Below, one piece after another: positions 28,469-43,894 of a stretch of DNA of 64,000 nt. Made by a program: the position numbers and the translations under genes. Position 1 is the first letter of the stretch; each line of letters starts with the position of its first letter. Origin of the DNA: Octopus vulgaris (Eukaryota). The notes under the pieces were generated by a model. That model had not been told where the DNA came from. It did not search any database and saw nothing but the letters and a program-made list of their open reading frames with translations. The stretch spans positions 36,766,001 through 36,830,000 of the forward strand of contig OX597814.1 of NCBI GenBank assembly GCA_951406725.2, given 5' to 3'.

Positions 28469-30060
28469 AATGCAAAGACAAGTATGTACACACATATACA
28501 TACTATGGACACAAACATACTCGCATACAGATATAACAATGCGTATGTAGAATATATTGCTAGGAAATAAATGTTATTTCAAACAAAACATAATAATTGA
28601 TGTACTCATTCAGATCTTCCTGCATCAGTTGTTTGATCAGCAAATAGCTTTGTGATAGCTGAATGGTCGAATAACGTGCCTTAAGCAGAAACTGAATTTT
28701 GTCATTCAAAATTATCTTCTTCCCATTACCCGTGTTTTCTATGCTGGAACTACTTGGTTTTATAGATTTTAAAGTACCTTCTGGTTGAAAGTTAACCTAA
28801 TTATTACCACCTGAGATCTTTCGTGAGAAATACTTTGCCTTTTATTTGCATTCCAATATTAGATTTAAGAAATTATTGATAGAAATCATATCAAAGAAAA
28901 TAGGCCTTTCAATTATAGTTTGTTGAAATGTATCCAATATCATGACCATTTCCTATGTCAAGCAATCAGCGAGAAAATAGATACATAAACGAACGACAGT
29001 TTTAGGGGAAACAATACGCATAATTACCTCTATAAAGCAGTCAGATATCGTAGGCAGGTATGTAATATTTATATGAGACTAAATGAAATGCATTTTCATT
29101 AAATAATGATGTTTTAAAATTACAATTATATTTCCATAAAATTTAGATTTGATAAAACAATTCAGAAGTTACATTTCAACGTCTTACATGTTTGAACTTT
29201 GCATTTTACGAGTCTAGTTAGAATGTCACTTATTATTGACACTGATAATTCATATATAATATCTGAAGATATGTTACCAGTATTAAAATTAAGAAGAAGA
29301 AGAAAAAGAAGAAGAAAAAGAAGAAGGAGGAGGAGATGGAGAAGGAGAATGAAAAATAAATTTTAAAAATGATTTTCAATGATTTTCATTCTGTAAATTT
29401 TTCTATGTATTATTTGAAAATTACTTTTTAATCTGATGTTATTTTATGCCTCTTCATATTTCTGTATTAGAATGTATATACTGATGCTATTGTTGTTTTC
29501 AAGGCCAGGTCATGATCAAAGTTGATCTAGCTGCAACAATTTCGTTCTTTGTACGAGCGGGACTATATTGTCTAATGTAAATTCTTTTCTTCTTTTTTTT
29601 CTCAATTAACTGTGATTGGCGGATAAATTTAGCACCTGCTTCTAACAAGTCGAACAACTGCGTAGTTGCCACTTCATAAGGTCTAGTTTACTTATTCGTT
29701 TCATTACATACACAAATATACACAAAGTTATGGGACCATCATTTTATAAACTAAAGACCATATTTGAAATTCAGAATGGTCGTCGTCGAGATCATCATCA
29801 TCATCATCATCATGACCAGCAGCAGCCGAAGCATCAGTAGAAACAGCAGCAACAGCAGCCGTTTAAGAATTTGGACCTGGAGATCTCCATTTCGAGCGAC
29901 TTCGAGGGCCACCTCCCAGTGGTGTTGGGCGTCAACGAAGAGCCATCGGCTACAACAAGACGATCAAAGTTTTTTTTTTCCAAGGTCTGTGGTCTCCCGC
30001 CCCTAATCCCTAGACCATCACCTAATCACCCTTATCCGTCTTGTTGATTAACAACAAGAG

Positions 30061-30097
30061 CAGTAGCAACAGCAGCAAAAGCAGTAGCGGTAGTGGC

Positions 30098-30175
<78 letters not shown>

Positions 30176-30199
30176 TGTAGTAGTAGTAGTAGTAGTAGT

Positions 30200-30273
<74 letters not shown>

Positions 30274-30301
30274 AAGAAGAAGAAGTAGTAGCAGCAGCAG
30301 C
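30061..30301. repeat. (AGT)n/(AGC)n compound microsatellite
   Basis: Direct reading. Confidence 0.95.
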
Positions 30302-31019
30302 TGTAAACACCTTGTAAATGTGCTTAAAGATAGCTGCAATTCTTGCATATCTTTTAACAATTCCTTACTTTCACTCCCTTTATCTCTGTTACATTTTTTT
30401 GGCTGGAATTCGGGCCGCTCCATATAACAGTAAGTATGGCGAATAAAAGAATAAGAGAGCGTACTACAATTTTCATATCTGGGAATATTCATAATTTTTT
30501 CTATCATCTGATGGATACCTATGAAATACTACGACAGAGGATGCAGGGTAGCACCGACATTGCTAGAAACAAGAGTGAAAGAAAATTAAAGCCACAAAAG
30601 TACATTTTCTATGTACTGACAGGGGAGATAACCGCCCCAAAGCGAGCGTGGTTACTGTACAAACATGCTAACATATATATATAGTGTGTGTGTGTTTGTG
30701 TGTTTGTGTGTACAAATAGATGTATGATTGCTACTGTTTAGTTAAGAATTTCATGATCCAGTCTGCATCAAGTGTTATGGTTAAGCTGCCACTATAGTTT
30801 GTAGTATTGTTTATGGTATATAATGCATTGCAGAGTTTTGGTTCAGTGTAACAATAATGCAATAAATTGTGTCTCCGACTTTCCATTATCGTTAAGCATT
30901 CAATTGCCCCTAGGACATCTAATGCAGTTGTTTCTGTCACTGCATTAGATGTCCTAGTGAACTACAGGTAGGAATAAGTGATATAAAGTTGTATTATCTT
31001 ACCTTATCTTATATATACA

Positions 31020-31227
31020 CAGGGTGTCCCAGAAGTTGCGCACCACCCTGGTTTTTTAAAAGAATACACCCTTATTGATTTCAAAAACACTTTATTGAAA
31101 TTAATCGTAACAAATGCTCAAATTGGGCAGCCTCTACAATCAAGCATGCAGAAAAAATATAATTAAATAAATGCTTTAATTATTTTTAATGAAAACCAGA
31201 ATGGTGCGTGATTTCTGGGACACCCTG
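31020..31227. mobile_element. Tc1/mariner-type MITE (208 bp)
   Basis: About 36-bp TIRs starting CAGGGTGTCCCAGAA and ending CTGGTTTT; TA on the right flank. Confidence 0.85.
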
Positions 31228-31820
31228 TATATTATTATTATTATTATTATTATATATTAGACTGCAAAACTTTTTTCAAATCAAAAGGAATTGAATTCAC
31301 TAAAGCATGGTACAATCACATAGTTCTTAAGTATTACTATGTTACTAATTAAACAGTATCGACAATATATTAAAAATGTAAATAATTAAACACATACTAA
31401 CACGTGTATGTGTGTGTTTACTGATATAAATGGACATGTATACGTATGTATAGTTTCTCCTTTTATTCATGCTTAGTCTCAGTCCGAATACTGCGGCCAT
31501 GCTGGGCCACAAATTTGAAGAATACCGAGCAACTGCCGTTATAATTATATGAGCTAATTAATATGTCGATCGAACAACTGGCACAGAGAGCTACTTCATC
31601 TGACGTACATTTATGTCTACTGTTTTATTTTTATTACTATTAATATTTTAGTTCCAATGATTTCAATCATTAGAATTTATAAAGAGACTTAATAGAATAC
31701 AGTTTCGTTCATCGTGCTTGTCTGATTGCTTCATAAGTTTGATGTGACCGTATTGAGTTCTGTTTGTCTGATTATCCTGTTCATTCTATGAAGCCTATGT
31801 GCATACATACGTATATATAT

Positions 31821-31885
<65 letters not shown>

Positions 31886-34044
31886 TGTATGCAATTATAT
31901 GGACGTGTGTTTCTCTGCGCGTGCGTGCCAGTGTGTACGTGCGCATGCGTATGTGTATATGTATAGTAATGGTTTTCAATAAAATGTCGAAAGCGCTTTT
32001 CTTTATTATCACAGAGGATTAATAGATAGCGGTCTTGCTAATAATTCATAATTTGTTTATTGACCTTTATTTCCTGTGGCATTTTGCAAACAATCTGGCA
32101 TCTAATCAATAAGAACGCTTTAGATGTTTACATGAATTTCTATCAAAATTACCGAAAGAATTACCAACCTCACTATATTGCTATTGTTTTTCTTCACATC
32201 ACTTCTTTAAATGTATCATATTCTCACAATTAGCTCTTTCAGGGGAAACTTCAACAATGTAAGGAATTGACATGTTTATTTTAAGATTATTGTTATAGAC
32301 TCTTTTTTTAATACGATGACATTTTGGCTTTCAAATATTTTGTTAACTCTATTTAATTTCCTTTAAAACATTTCACTACCAAATTGTCCCTTCTATATCA
32401 TCCTTTGACAAATAATGCCATTTTATTCTTTTGATGGTTATATAGTTTTAAACCCTGAAATTGGCACTATCAGACGTAAGAAATAAATCCAATTCAACTT
32501 CGATCAACTCCTCATTCATTATATGGTAGTGTGCTCTAATTTCAGGTGAATTGATTGATTTTTATAGCAGGTTCCTCAAATGAGTGGAGGCTTTCTAGTT
32601 GGTTGTTGTTCATATAATAAATGAATAAATGAACTAGGATTTCATTTGAAAATATTTATTTATTTTTATTATAAAGAAACTATTGACAGCAATTTTCAAA
32701 ACTACATATATCATTGCAATAGGCCTTGTTATACTGGATATTCAGTCCACCTTTAATTGCCATATTTCTGGTGGATTGCCGAATCAGATCTGTTGGGGGA
32801 AAAGTGCTTAGTGTATTAAACAAATTTTTCTCAAAATTCAGATTAAAATTTAAAAAAAGGTGAAAACGTCATAATTTAATTTAGTGACACACTCAACTTA
32901 TGTGATTTCTAAAACAACATTGAGAATGCAAATACCATGATTTGAACCGAACACTGAAACAAGAAGTTCTATAGGATTGAGTATTGTGTTCTTTGCGTTA
33001 ATTAACGGATTTTAAAATTACTATATGATCTATATTATTTATAAGAATGTCAAACATATACAAACATTTGTACAAATTTACTTAACCGTTCAAATAATTG
33101 TTTGTCTTGGTAATATATTTAAAGACATGCGCTCCTCATGCAATGTGTAATAAGAAGATTAATATTCGACAAGAATATCACGTTTTGATGTTATTTTAGC
33201 AAGTGCAATTAAATACACGTAATATTGATTTTTCACATTATTATCGTTCTAAATTTCATAAAAACGCCAGCAAATAATAGAGGTAAATGACTATAAAAAG
33301 GGTGAGGGGAAACATTGCATATTTGCTTCGTACATTTAAAATTTAATGCTTTATTCAGAAAATTTTCAATAATTTCTAGATTTAACCACATGTCTTTATT
33401 TCTTGTGAGGGAGAGGCTGATATTACGGCTGCTGACATATTATACATCTTTAATACATGTTAATCTAATTTCACAAATTTCTATCAGAAGTTCACTGATA
33501 CAATCCGCACCAGAAATAATTCCACTCCAAGCAAAACGCAGAAAACACTGTGTAGGCAGGGTATCTACTAATTGTGGCCGTTCACCTGCAAATTATCCAT
33601 CAAAGTACATTTTACTTTATTTAAGAAAGAAATATATGTTTGTTATAATAGTCTCCAACAATATGAAATATTGGTCAAGGTAATAGAATGCATTAATCAT
33701 TAGTGCTGTTCGTGATCAAATACATAAAGATAAAAAACAACAAAACCAATGTTGTTATTGTACTAGTCCTCCGTGAAATGCTTTGAATCCTCATCACTAT
33801 TTCACTTCTATAATGACAAAAAAATTAATCTGCAGATTTAACATTCTGTCTCGATCTCTACAACAAGGCAATATGATATTTAAAATGGAAAAATGATTAG
33901 AAGATGTAAGCACGCACATACACACACACATATTTATATATTGTCACTATATTACGATACCCAATATGGTACCTTAAATGGTGCTTAAGTATATATACGT
34001 TCGCCATGCTGGACCGCTGAAATTTACAAGCTCTTTTCATTCAA

Positions 34045-34193
34045 TCTCTGTATATTTTCTCTTATATCTTTCTGCTGAAGAGCGTAGGCTTGAAATGTAA
34101 AAAACTTTTTTCTTCTTCTCGAGAGTCAAACTAATACACTTATTGTTGTTCATACATCCGTCTTCGTCTTTTGTATTCTATAAATTTCAACTA

Positions 34194-34195
<2 letters not shown>
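34045..34195 (+). mobile_element. short PLE-pLTR-like element with a hammerhead motif (core 34072-34099)
   Basis: tcttt-CTGCTGA-A-GAGC GTAG GCTT-GAAAT-GTA-aaaa; ends at (TA)n. Confidence 0.62.
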
Positions 34196-34278
<83 letters not shown>

Positions 34279-35838
34279 TGTGTGTGTATGTATGTATTTA
34301 TGTATTTATAAACTTGTTAACATTTCAAATATGCTTCAGGAATATTCGGACCCGTAAAGAAGCCATTCACTGTATTTTGACATGGAGAACATTTCTTGCT
34401 GTAGACAAATTGGTGTAAATGCACTTAGTCGGCCCACAGCGCCTTCTCATCAGATTTTTGAATGCACGAATTTCAGCGTAGTTATTCCTACTCAGCAGCA
34501 AGTACTGGAACGCCAAATTGCGAACTGACACGAGAGACAAGACTCTTTTATGATATTCCCGTCATCGTTCTATGACTTCTTGTGCCTATAGAAACAAACA
34601 TTTTATCCACTCAAATGTATATAGAGTCGCTTACATACCACTTGGGGATCTGTTTAGGTTTTGTAGTGAACCGGCAGGATATTCGTCTTATATTAAGTTT
34701 GAAAAAAATGTTTTCTGCCCATAATCGAAGTGGAGTATCGGGCGTGAAGCCTCAAGGTGAGGCAAATTTCGTACAATCTTTAACGTGAGTAGCCAGACTA
34801 TAATCATACAAAAATGTTCATGTTTCGTTGTCACTTGTTCCATTTCAACATGCAGTTGGCTACCATTGTGATGTTTTTCAGGTAAATGTTAGAAAACGAT
34901 CTACCGTGCTGCTACTCTGAGTAGTAGACTTTGGATTTGTTGTGAGGTACATAATACCGCTTTCTATAAATTTCTCTGTGAAGGAGCTCCTCCCTACTGC
35001 GTCATTATCTTTTTCATGTCTGCTATTATTGGTGCCGGCCTTGCATTGTAGCACTCTATGACACTAGATACATCTCCAGGCAGATCTACCTTTCATTTGC
35101 ATTGCGGTTGCCGACTAAATAAGGATATCTGTAGTCACCCACAAATTGTTTGCTGAATATTGAGGGATAATGTTTTTTGCGACATTTACATATACTGGTA
35201 TGTGTCATTTGATTTCGTTTTGTTTGATCCACGAAGTTAATTATTGCATGGTTACGACTAAATTCTCTGTTTTAATTTGTTATTAAGGCTAAATACGTCT
35301 TTCGTTAGTAATCGGTAACCCTGTAAAATGCAGTGTCTAGCAATAAAGCATTCAGCTAGAGTAGAATACTTGATTCATGGTGTTAGGTCAATTATTCGGT
35401 TATACGCGGATTTATAATGAGTGGTTGTCTGCCTTTGAACAACCGTTATCGTCTTGTGCTTATTTAAGAGTAATGCTCAGAAATGTTACTTCTGGGAAAA
35501 TAGCTTCAAATGTAATATTCAAACCTAATCCTTTGGATATTACTATGTTCTCTGAATGTCGATTCTATACTGTTACTTGCACTGATAAGAAAAATAAACC
35601 CGTAATTGCTGTAACACCATCAAACAAGTTTCCTTTATTTTGTGTCATGAAATCTAAGCATGACAATATCTCTGTCTACTACCCCACACTCCTCATTTCA
35701 TTATGCGTGTTGCCAAACAGAATTCACTGGCACATACGCCAAAATATATTCACAAGCGCAGGCAAAAGCACATATGTATGTATGTGTGTATGCCTGTATG
35801 TATGTATGGATGTATGTGTGTATGAATGCAGGTGTGTG

Positions 35839-35877
<39 letters not shown>

Positions 35878-35890
35878 ATATCTACCGATC

Positions 35891-35931
<41 letters not shown>

Positions 35932-36399
35932 ATGCGACAAGGTATAAATAATGGTTAGTTCATAATTTTTCTTTATTCCAGTAAATTAGGCTTAAAGCTA
36001 TTTCCAGTAGTCATTACAGATATGTCACTGATAGGTTTACTCAATTGGTCTCTTGATCAGTTGTGAAAAAATGAAGGACATAAAAAAATTAATGCTTCTT
36101 TCGTCAGAGCCATTTCTGGTTATAACAAAGCAGAACATTGAAGGAATAGTACATGCATGAAGGAAGGGGGAAAGAGAAGGAAGGGGGCAAGTGAATTAGA
36201 GATAAAGAGGAAATGAGAAGGCAAATTGCGATTTGTAAAGGAAGAATTAAGGGGAAGAGGGGGAAGGAAAGAAGAGAGGAAGGAATAAAAAGAGTAGAGG
36301 AAGGGATCACTCTATAGAAGGGAGATGATCTAAATTCTGGGAAAAGGACAGCCATAAAACATTAGTGATTACAATCAGGTCTACATGCATGGATATACT

Positions 36400-37415
<1,016 letters not shown>

Positions 37416-37666
37416 GATTAAAATGTGAATAGATAAAGAATTCTAAAATCTTTTAATTTAATCAAAAAACAGAAGATACACATATGGATACGTGTAAAGT
37501 TTGGTAATTTGTATTTATTCCTTAGGCATAATAACCATCTCAGCCAATGTCACTCGCTATAGTGTTAAAGTTAACTAGAGAACCTGGTGAAGGGTTTATT
37601 ACGTGAGCCGACAGGGAGCTTATGAAGTATTTTGCCTGGATTGATAATTCCTCACTAATAGCCTTG

Positions 37667-37701
<35 letters not shown>

Positions 37702-37724
37702 ATATTTGTATATATATATATATA

Positions 37725-37804
<80 letters not shown>

Positions 37805-39544
37805 TACATGCATATATAGAAAGAGAAAAAGAGAGACACAGACATTTATGTGCATCTTGCATTCCACAAAAGACGTCCAAAAAATAAACAACGTGTTTGT
37901 GAACGTATTTGTAAAATAAAATAGGAAATCTTTTGCAACGCTGTTCCTAACCTTGTTGCTGAACAGCGTATTGAATTACATTCTATTCCTCTACATGGGA
38001 TATATATTCTTTTTTGTGAGTTATATGATATTGTATTTTTAAAGTGGATGTTTGCGAGACCCAATTGTGCCTGAGAAGGTACTATAAAAGCATTCGGTTA
38101 TGTGTTGGACCCTGAATACATGCAGAGATGTTGAGTCGTCAGTTTTATACATTGTTTGTATGATCTTGAGGTTAGATTAATGATGGCATTATTTCTGGGG
38201 ACTTCAAATTTGCTTTTCAGTTTTTCGATAGAAAATAACTCCTTAGAAAAGAAACACATTACGTCTGACCGTTAAAACTAGTGAATAAAATCTCGAATTG
38301 GTTGAACAAAGAGATCTCAGCTTCTATCAGAGTCAGGCTTAATAAGACGCAAATATATTTGGCAGCAAAAGACAATTAGCTGACATGCAAAAATGGAAAT
38401 GATTTTTGCGAGTAGACCGACCTAGTACAATAGATAGAATATTTCGATGGTAATGGGAGCAGTTTAATATTTTAATGAACAGTCATAAGAGAGTCATTAT
38501 TTTAGCAGAAAATGAAGGATTAAAATATAAAAAAAAATTATATATTCGTCATAATTGTATTCAGTAACACATTAAAATTATGTGATTTCTAAAACGGCAT
38601 TGAGAATGCAAATACCAACATTAAAACTGAACACTGAAAGGCAGAGCTCTCATATAATCTCATTCCTCGATTACTACATTCTCATATTAACTTAAATTTA
38701 ACACTGCGAAATCTGAAATAGTCCAGTACTAAAATGTCTTAACATTTAGAATTTCTGTGTACTAAATAACAACAAAATTGTGTAATATTTTCTTTCTTAA
38801 ATTTGCCTGTTACTGAAATCATTTGTATTTGAAATACATCATTTGAAATACTGTTACATTCACTCAAGTAAAGAAGATAACAGGTGGCAGTAATAATGTA
38901 TCAGCAAAAGGAACAGAAATTAGAAACGGCGCATTCGTGGGTAAATATCTGAACTGTATTGTTTAGTGAATCTTTGTCAGCTACTGGATGGTTTGTTGGA
39001 ATTATGTTTCGGAGCTTTATGCATGTATAGGCAGTGTCATCTTGTATACTTGAATACGAACGAATCTCACACAATTCAAGTACACATTTTATAAAACTAA
39101 CCTATTCTGAATAAATGTAGATCTTTATTCTTTAATTTATTGTCTATTCGTATCATATATCCTTACCAGCACTGCGATTTCTGTTAAGTTTTGCAATTTT
39201 AATACTTAATACACCACTTCTTTCACTCTGGGCAATTGTGCTGTAGCTGTCATGCATATTGACATTGCATATAAAACGGATTAAACCGGTTTCATTTTCC
39301 TTTGTCCCCCACAGTTCTTCGATCTTCAGTGATCATGTCACTCTACCATAAACACCATAGGTATTCACACTTTATTTCATGCAATTCGCCTTTTCAACAA
39401 TAAATGAATTTGGCGAAGTTATTTTACAACCAAATATTCTTCAAGCTTTGTCCTACCGTCGTAAAGATGTAATGACACGCTGTATAATACCTGCTCTATC
39501 AATTTCGAATACCTGAAATTAAGTCTAGTTGGCACTCTTTTGCC

Positions 39545-40037
39545 CCTGTATTTCAAAAACTTGTAAATATTTAAAATACATTTATTTACATATATACCAA
39601 ACTAGTTCCAACAATATTGCTTGTTTGTCAATGGTAAAAGTTTAAAATTAGAAAAACATCTTTAAAAGTTTCAATGTTGACAAATTAAATTCATTTTTTT
39701 TTTTTACTATTTTCATTTCACATTTGTTTTTTTCAGTATGACTTGTCGACAACCACTAAAATTAATGAACTTTGTACATTCAAACAAATTGATATAGTTT
39801 TAATTTTATTGACTGCTATGAAGATTCAAACTTACACCTTCTGTTTTCAACATGTTAATTTATCAACATTTTAATTTGTCAACATTGAAACATTTTAATT
39901 TGTCAACACTGAAACTTTTAAAGATGTTTTTCTAATTTTAAACTTTTACCATTGGTAAACAAAAAATATTGTTGAAACTAGTTTGGTATATATGTAAGTA
40001 AATGTGTTTTAAACAGTTACGAGTTTTTGAAATGTAG
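39545..40037. mobile_element. foldback/MITE-like element with about 140-bp inverted arms
   Basis: 39551-39690 is the reverse complement of about 39893-40032 with scattered mismatches; internal AACATTTTAATTTGTC subrepeats. Confidence 0.75.
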
Positions 40038-40099
40038 GTGCATTTTCAACAACACATTTTCCTATATTTTTCCTGCGTGGAAACACCACCCTTATATTG

Positions 40100-40472
<373 letters not shown>

Positions 40473-40746
40473 AAATTGCTGCGATTGCTATTTGTAATAT
40501 ATAGAGCTGAAATACTTCAAACAACGGAGTTTATTGAAGCAAAACATGAACAAATCTTTCATTTAAGCGTTCTGTTTTTCTTCTAGTTCTTTGGATAATA
40601 TACTTCTGTTCAATATAGGCTACACAGAGTATGGATTTGAATTTGAAGCCAAATGTTAAAGTTTACATAAGTACACGAACACAAACTTACCGACATGCAG
40701 GCACATGTAATGCATAAAAGCAACTCTCCACTCCCCATGTGTGTGC

Positions 40747-40806
<60 letters not shown>

Positions 40807-40927
40807 GTGTGTATGCGTGTGTGTATACAGAGAGAGAGAGTGTGTGAAATAGATCAAGATCAAGGTGTAGAACGTTACTAAGCTAGATATAAAACCAATG
40901 GTTTTTCTAAACTATTACGCTACACAT

Positions 40928-40973
<46 letters not shown>

Positions 40974-41126
40974 TGCCCCCGATGCTTAGAAACATCGCAG
41001 TAGAACTAATGATTGACGGTCTGGCTCTGGAGGATGAATCTTTGAGGCACAATGCCACATTTCCGGGGGTGATGTTTGTTGCAGGTTTTGCAGATCACTT
41101 GTCGTATTATATATATATATACATAC

Positions 41127-41160
<34 letters not shown>

Positions 41161-41171
41161 TTATATATATG

Positions 41172-41203
<32 letters not shown>

Positions 41204-41234
41204 ATGCATATACTTATGAGTATTTATATACATA

Positions 41235-42123
41235 CGAGTGGTATAGTAACTTTACCGGACTAGCTTTGTAGCGCACCAGATTCATGCGCAGTGAGAGCTA
41301 GTGTGACCTTCATGAGGTAGTGTGTCGACTGACAACACTATGACTACTTCACAAGTTGTAAAATGTGTGTTTTTGTGATCACGTGTAATGCTGTATTCTG
41401 CGATTTTGTCGCGGACAGGAACAAAGTGTCAACACGAAATTTTGCGTTAAACTTGGGAGAACTGCTACAGAACCATTGATAATGCTTCGCCAAGATTACG
41501 GAGTCAATGAGTCTTACGTAATGTTTCGAGTTACACGGATGCATCAAAAGCGGAAGGACGTCCTTGGAATACGACAAGTGATCTGCAAAACCTGCAACAA
41601 ACATCACCCCCGGAAATGTGGCATTGTGCCTCAAAGATTCATCCTCCAGAGCCAGACCGTCAATCATTAGTTCTACTGCGATGTTTCTAAGCATCGGAGG
41701 CAGGATATTCGGCGAAAGCGACCGGATCTGTGAAGCGCGACGTATTGGATTATTCGTGACAACAATGCACCGAGCCCCCCTCACTCGTGAATTTCTCAGC
41801 AAACACAACATAGTATCGCTTCCACATCCACTATACTCACCAGATTTAGCCTCTGCAGACTTCCATCTTTACTTCAAGATGAAAATGCAGCTCAACGCCA
41901 CCGTTTTAACTCTGTTGTCGAGAACTAGAACGAATCGCAGAAGGTCCTCCTCTCGCTTATGGAAAACGACTTCCAGGCCTGATTCCAAAAGTGGCAGCAA
42001 CGCCAGCACTGGTGCATTGGTGCGCAAGGTTACTATTTGGATAGAGATGATGTTAAAAATTAGTTAAATAAATAATTTTTTTATTAAACAAAACTAAATC
42101 GGGAACCTTTTGATACCACCTTG
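41235..42123 (+). mobile_element. internally deleted, decayed mariner
   Basis: Degenerate TIRs (CGAGTGGTATAGTAACTTTACCGG / CGGGAACCTTTTGATACCACCTTG); remnants KFCVKLGRTATE and LPHPLYSPDLASADFHLY. Confidence 0.85.
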
Positions 42124-42644
42124 AATGTATATGCAACAATTTAAAAAATAGGAAAATGGAATGAACAGACTGTTGTTACTAACCACAATTATTTCTGAGC
42201 AATGGTAACAACTGTTGGTTGCTAGCTTTTCATATAAAGCTATCACATACGTAAATATGATCCTGAAAAAGCTGTGTGCCTAAACCTCATCAGGTGAGTG
42301 GCTCCTTAAGTCATTCCCCTTATGACGTGTGGTTATACAGTTGCTATTGGATCATACTTATTTACATATATTTTTGTAATAGTAAGATAAGGAAAAAACA
42401 GCAATGAATAGCTGTTAACCGAAGCACAGAAACAATTGTGGATAGTGATTAAAATCTGTTCCATGTATCTCTTTGTTTTTTTACAATTTTTTATATTAAT
42501 GTTTTACATACTAACAGATTTCCACTTATTTATCCAATAACAGAAGTAATTCTTCTACATGAGGGCGAAGCCACAGAGAAGATTTGAAAGGCACAAATGA
42601 TATTAAATAAATATATGTTTATACATATGTTTATGTGTGTATGA

Positions 42645-42694
<50 letters not shown>

Positions 42695-43049
42695 TATAAC
42701 TAATATATAGTCTTCTTGACTAATTTTTTTGCACGTTAGACCACTGGAAATGTAAACTTTGATTGAATATTTTAAATTTAATTACATTTTATTTCCCTTT
42801 GATATGATTATATATACGGAAATGGATAGATGGATGGATGTATAGATGGGTGAAAAGCTCGATGGATGAATGAAGGGATGGATATGCGTTTTCATGTATG
42901 CATGTATGAAAGATAACGTATGAGAGGCAGCTTTTGATATTGATAAAATAGCATTCATAATACAATACATAAAGAAAGAAATAAGTGATTAATAATCACA
43001 ATATTTACAACTATGTCATCTTTGATAATGATAAACATATGCTGAAATC

Positions 43050-43068
43050 ATTAACGATAATAATAATG

Positions 43069-43165
<97 letters not shown>

Positions 43166-43280
43166 TAATAATAATAGCATAATAATAACAACACTAATAG
43201 TGATAATAATTTTTTTTTTTTTGATAACATTAATGATAATAGTAATAATAATGATAATGATGATGATGATAATAATTCTG
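43050..43280. repeat. (AAT)n microsatellite
   Basis: Direct reading. Confidence 0.93.
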
Positions 43281-43894
43281 TTGTTTTGATTGATATTCAT
43301 TTGTGATTTTCTTAAATTATTCGTTCATTTGTATTGTAATAATCCGTCTCACACTTCTCTTGTATTATCTTTACACATTGATCCAGTTCTTATTTGCTGC
43401 TGTTTTTAATTTCATTTCTGCCTTTATATTTAGTTCCGATTAAGAAAATTGTCGCAATATTTGAATTAGTATTACAATTGTCATTATAATTATTAATAAT
43501 AACACTGCATAATAATGAAATAAAAAAAAAACGGAAATGATAACAACCTCTTCTAAGGGTATTTCGCATATAGATTACGAATATAACATCCTTTTCTTTC
43601 TGGAACCCGCCACTTTCTCGTTAATTCCCATCTTATTTACGTTAAATACACTGATGCTTCCATAAGAATTGAGTGCAAACAGGGTTGAGCTAAAACAGAC
43701 AACTCTAAATGTTATGAACATATTTTAATATACTTTTAATGGAGTGTTCCTAAGGTATTTGTCAAGCTAAACTAGGAAAAAGTATAAAATAACACTCAAT
43801 ATTTTTATAGTTATATTGGTCCAAATCCGTGGTAAATCTGACAAGGAACCACACATCATTATCCAACCTGAAGACAATGATCAAGCCCCACGTC

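Noticed and set aside
30022-30507. Poly-S/L/T/V ORFs; likewise poly-N/D/I ORFs at 40.0 and 43.0 kb
   Set aside because: Triplet microsatellite artefacts.
42240-42293. 54-bp candidate exon YHIRKYDPEKAVCLNLI with donor CAG/GTGAGT
   Set aside because: Weak AAG acceptor, no recognisable homology, plausible by chance.
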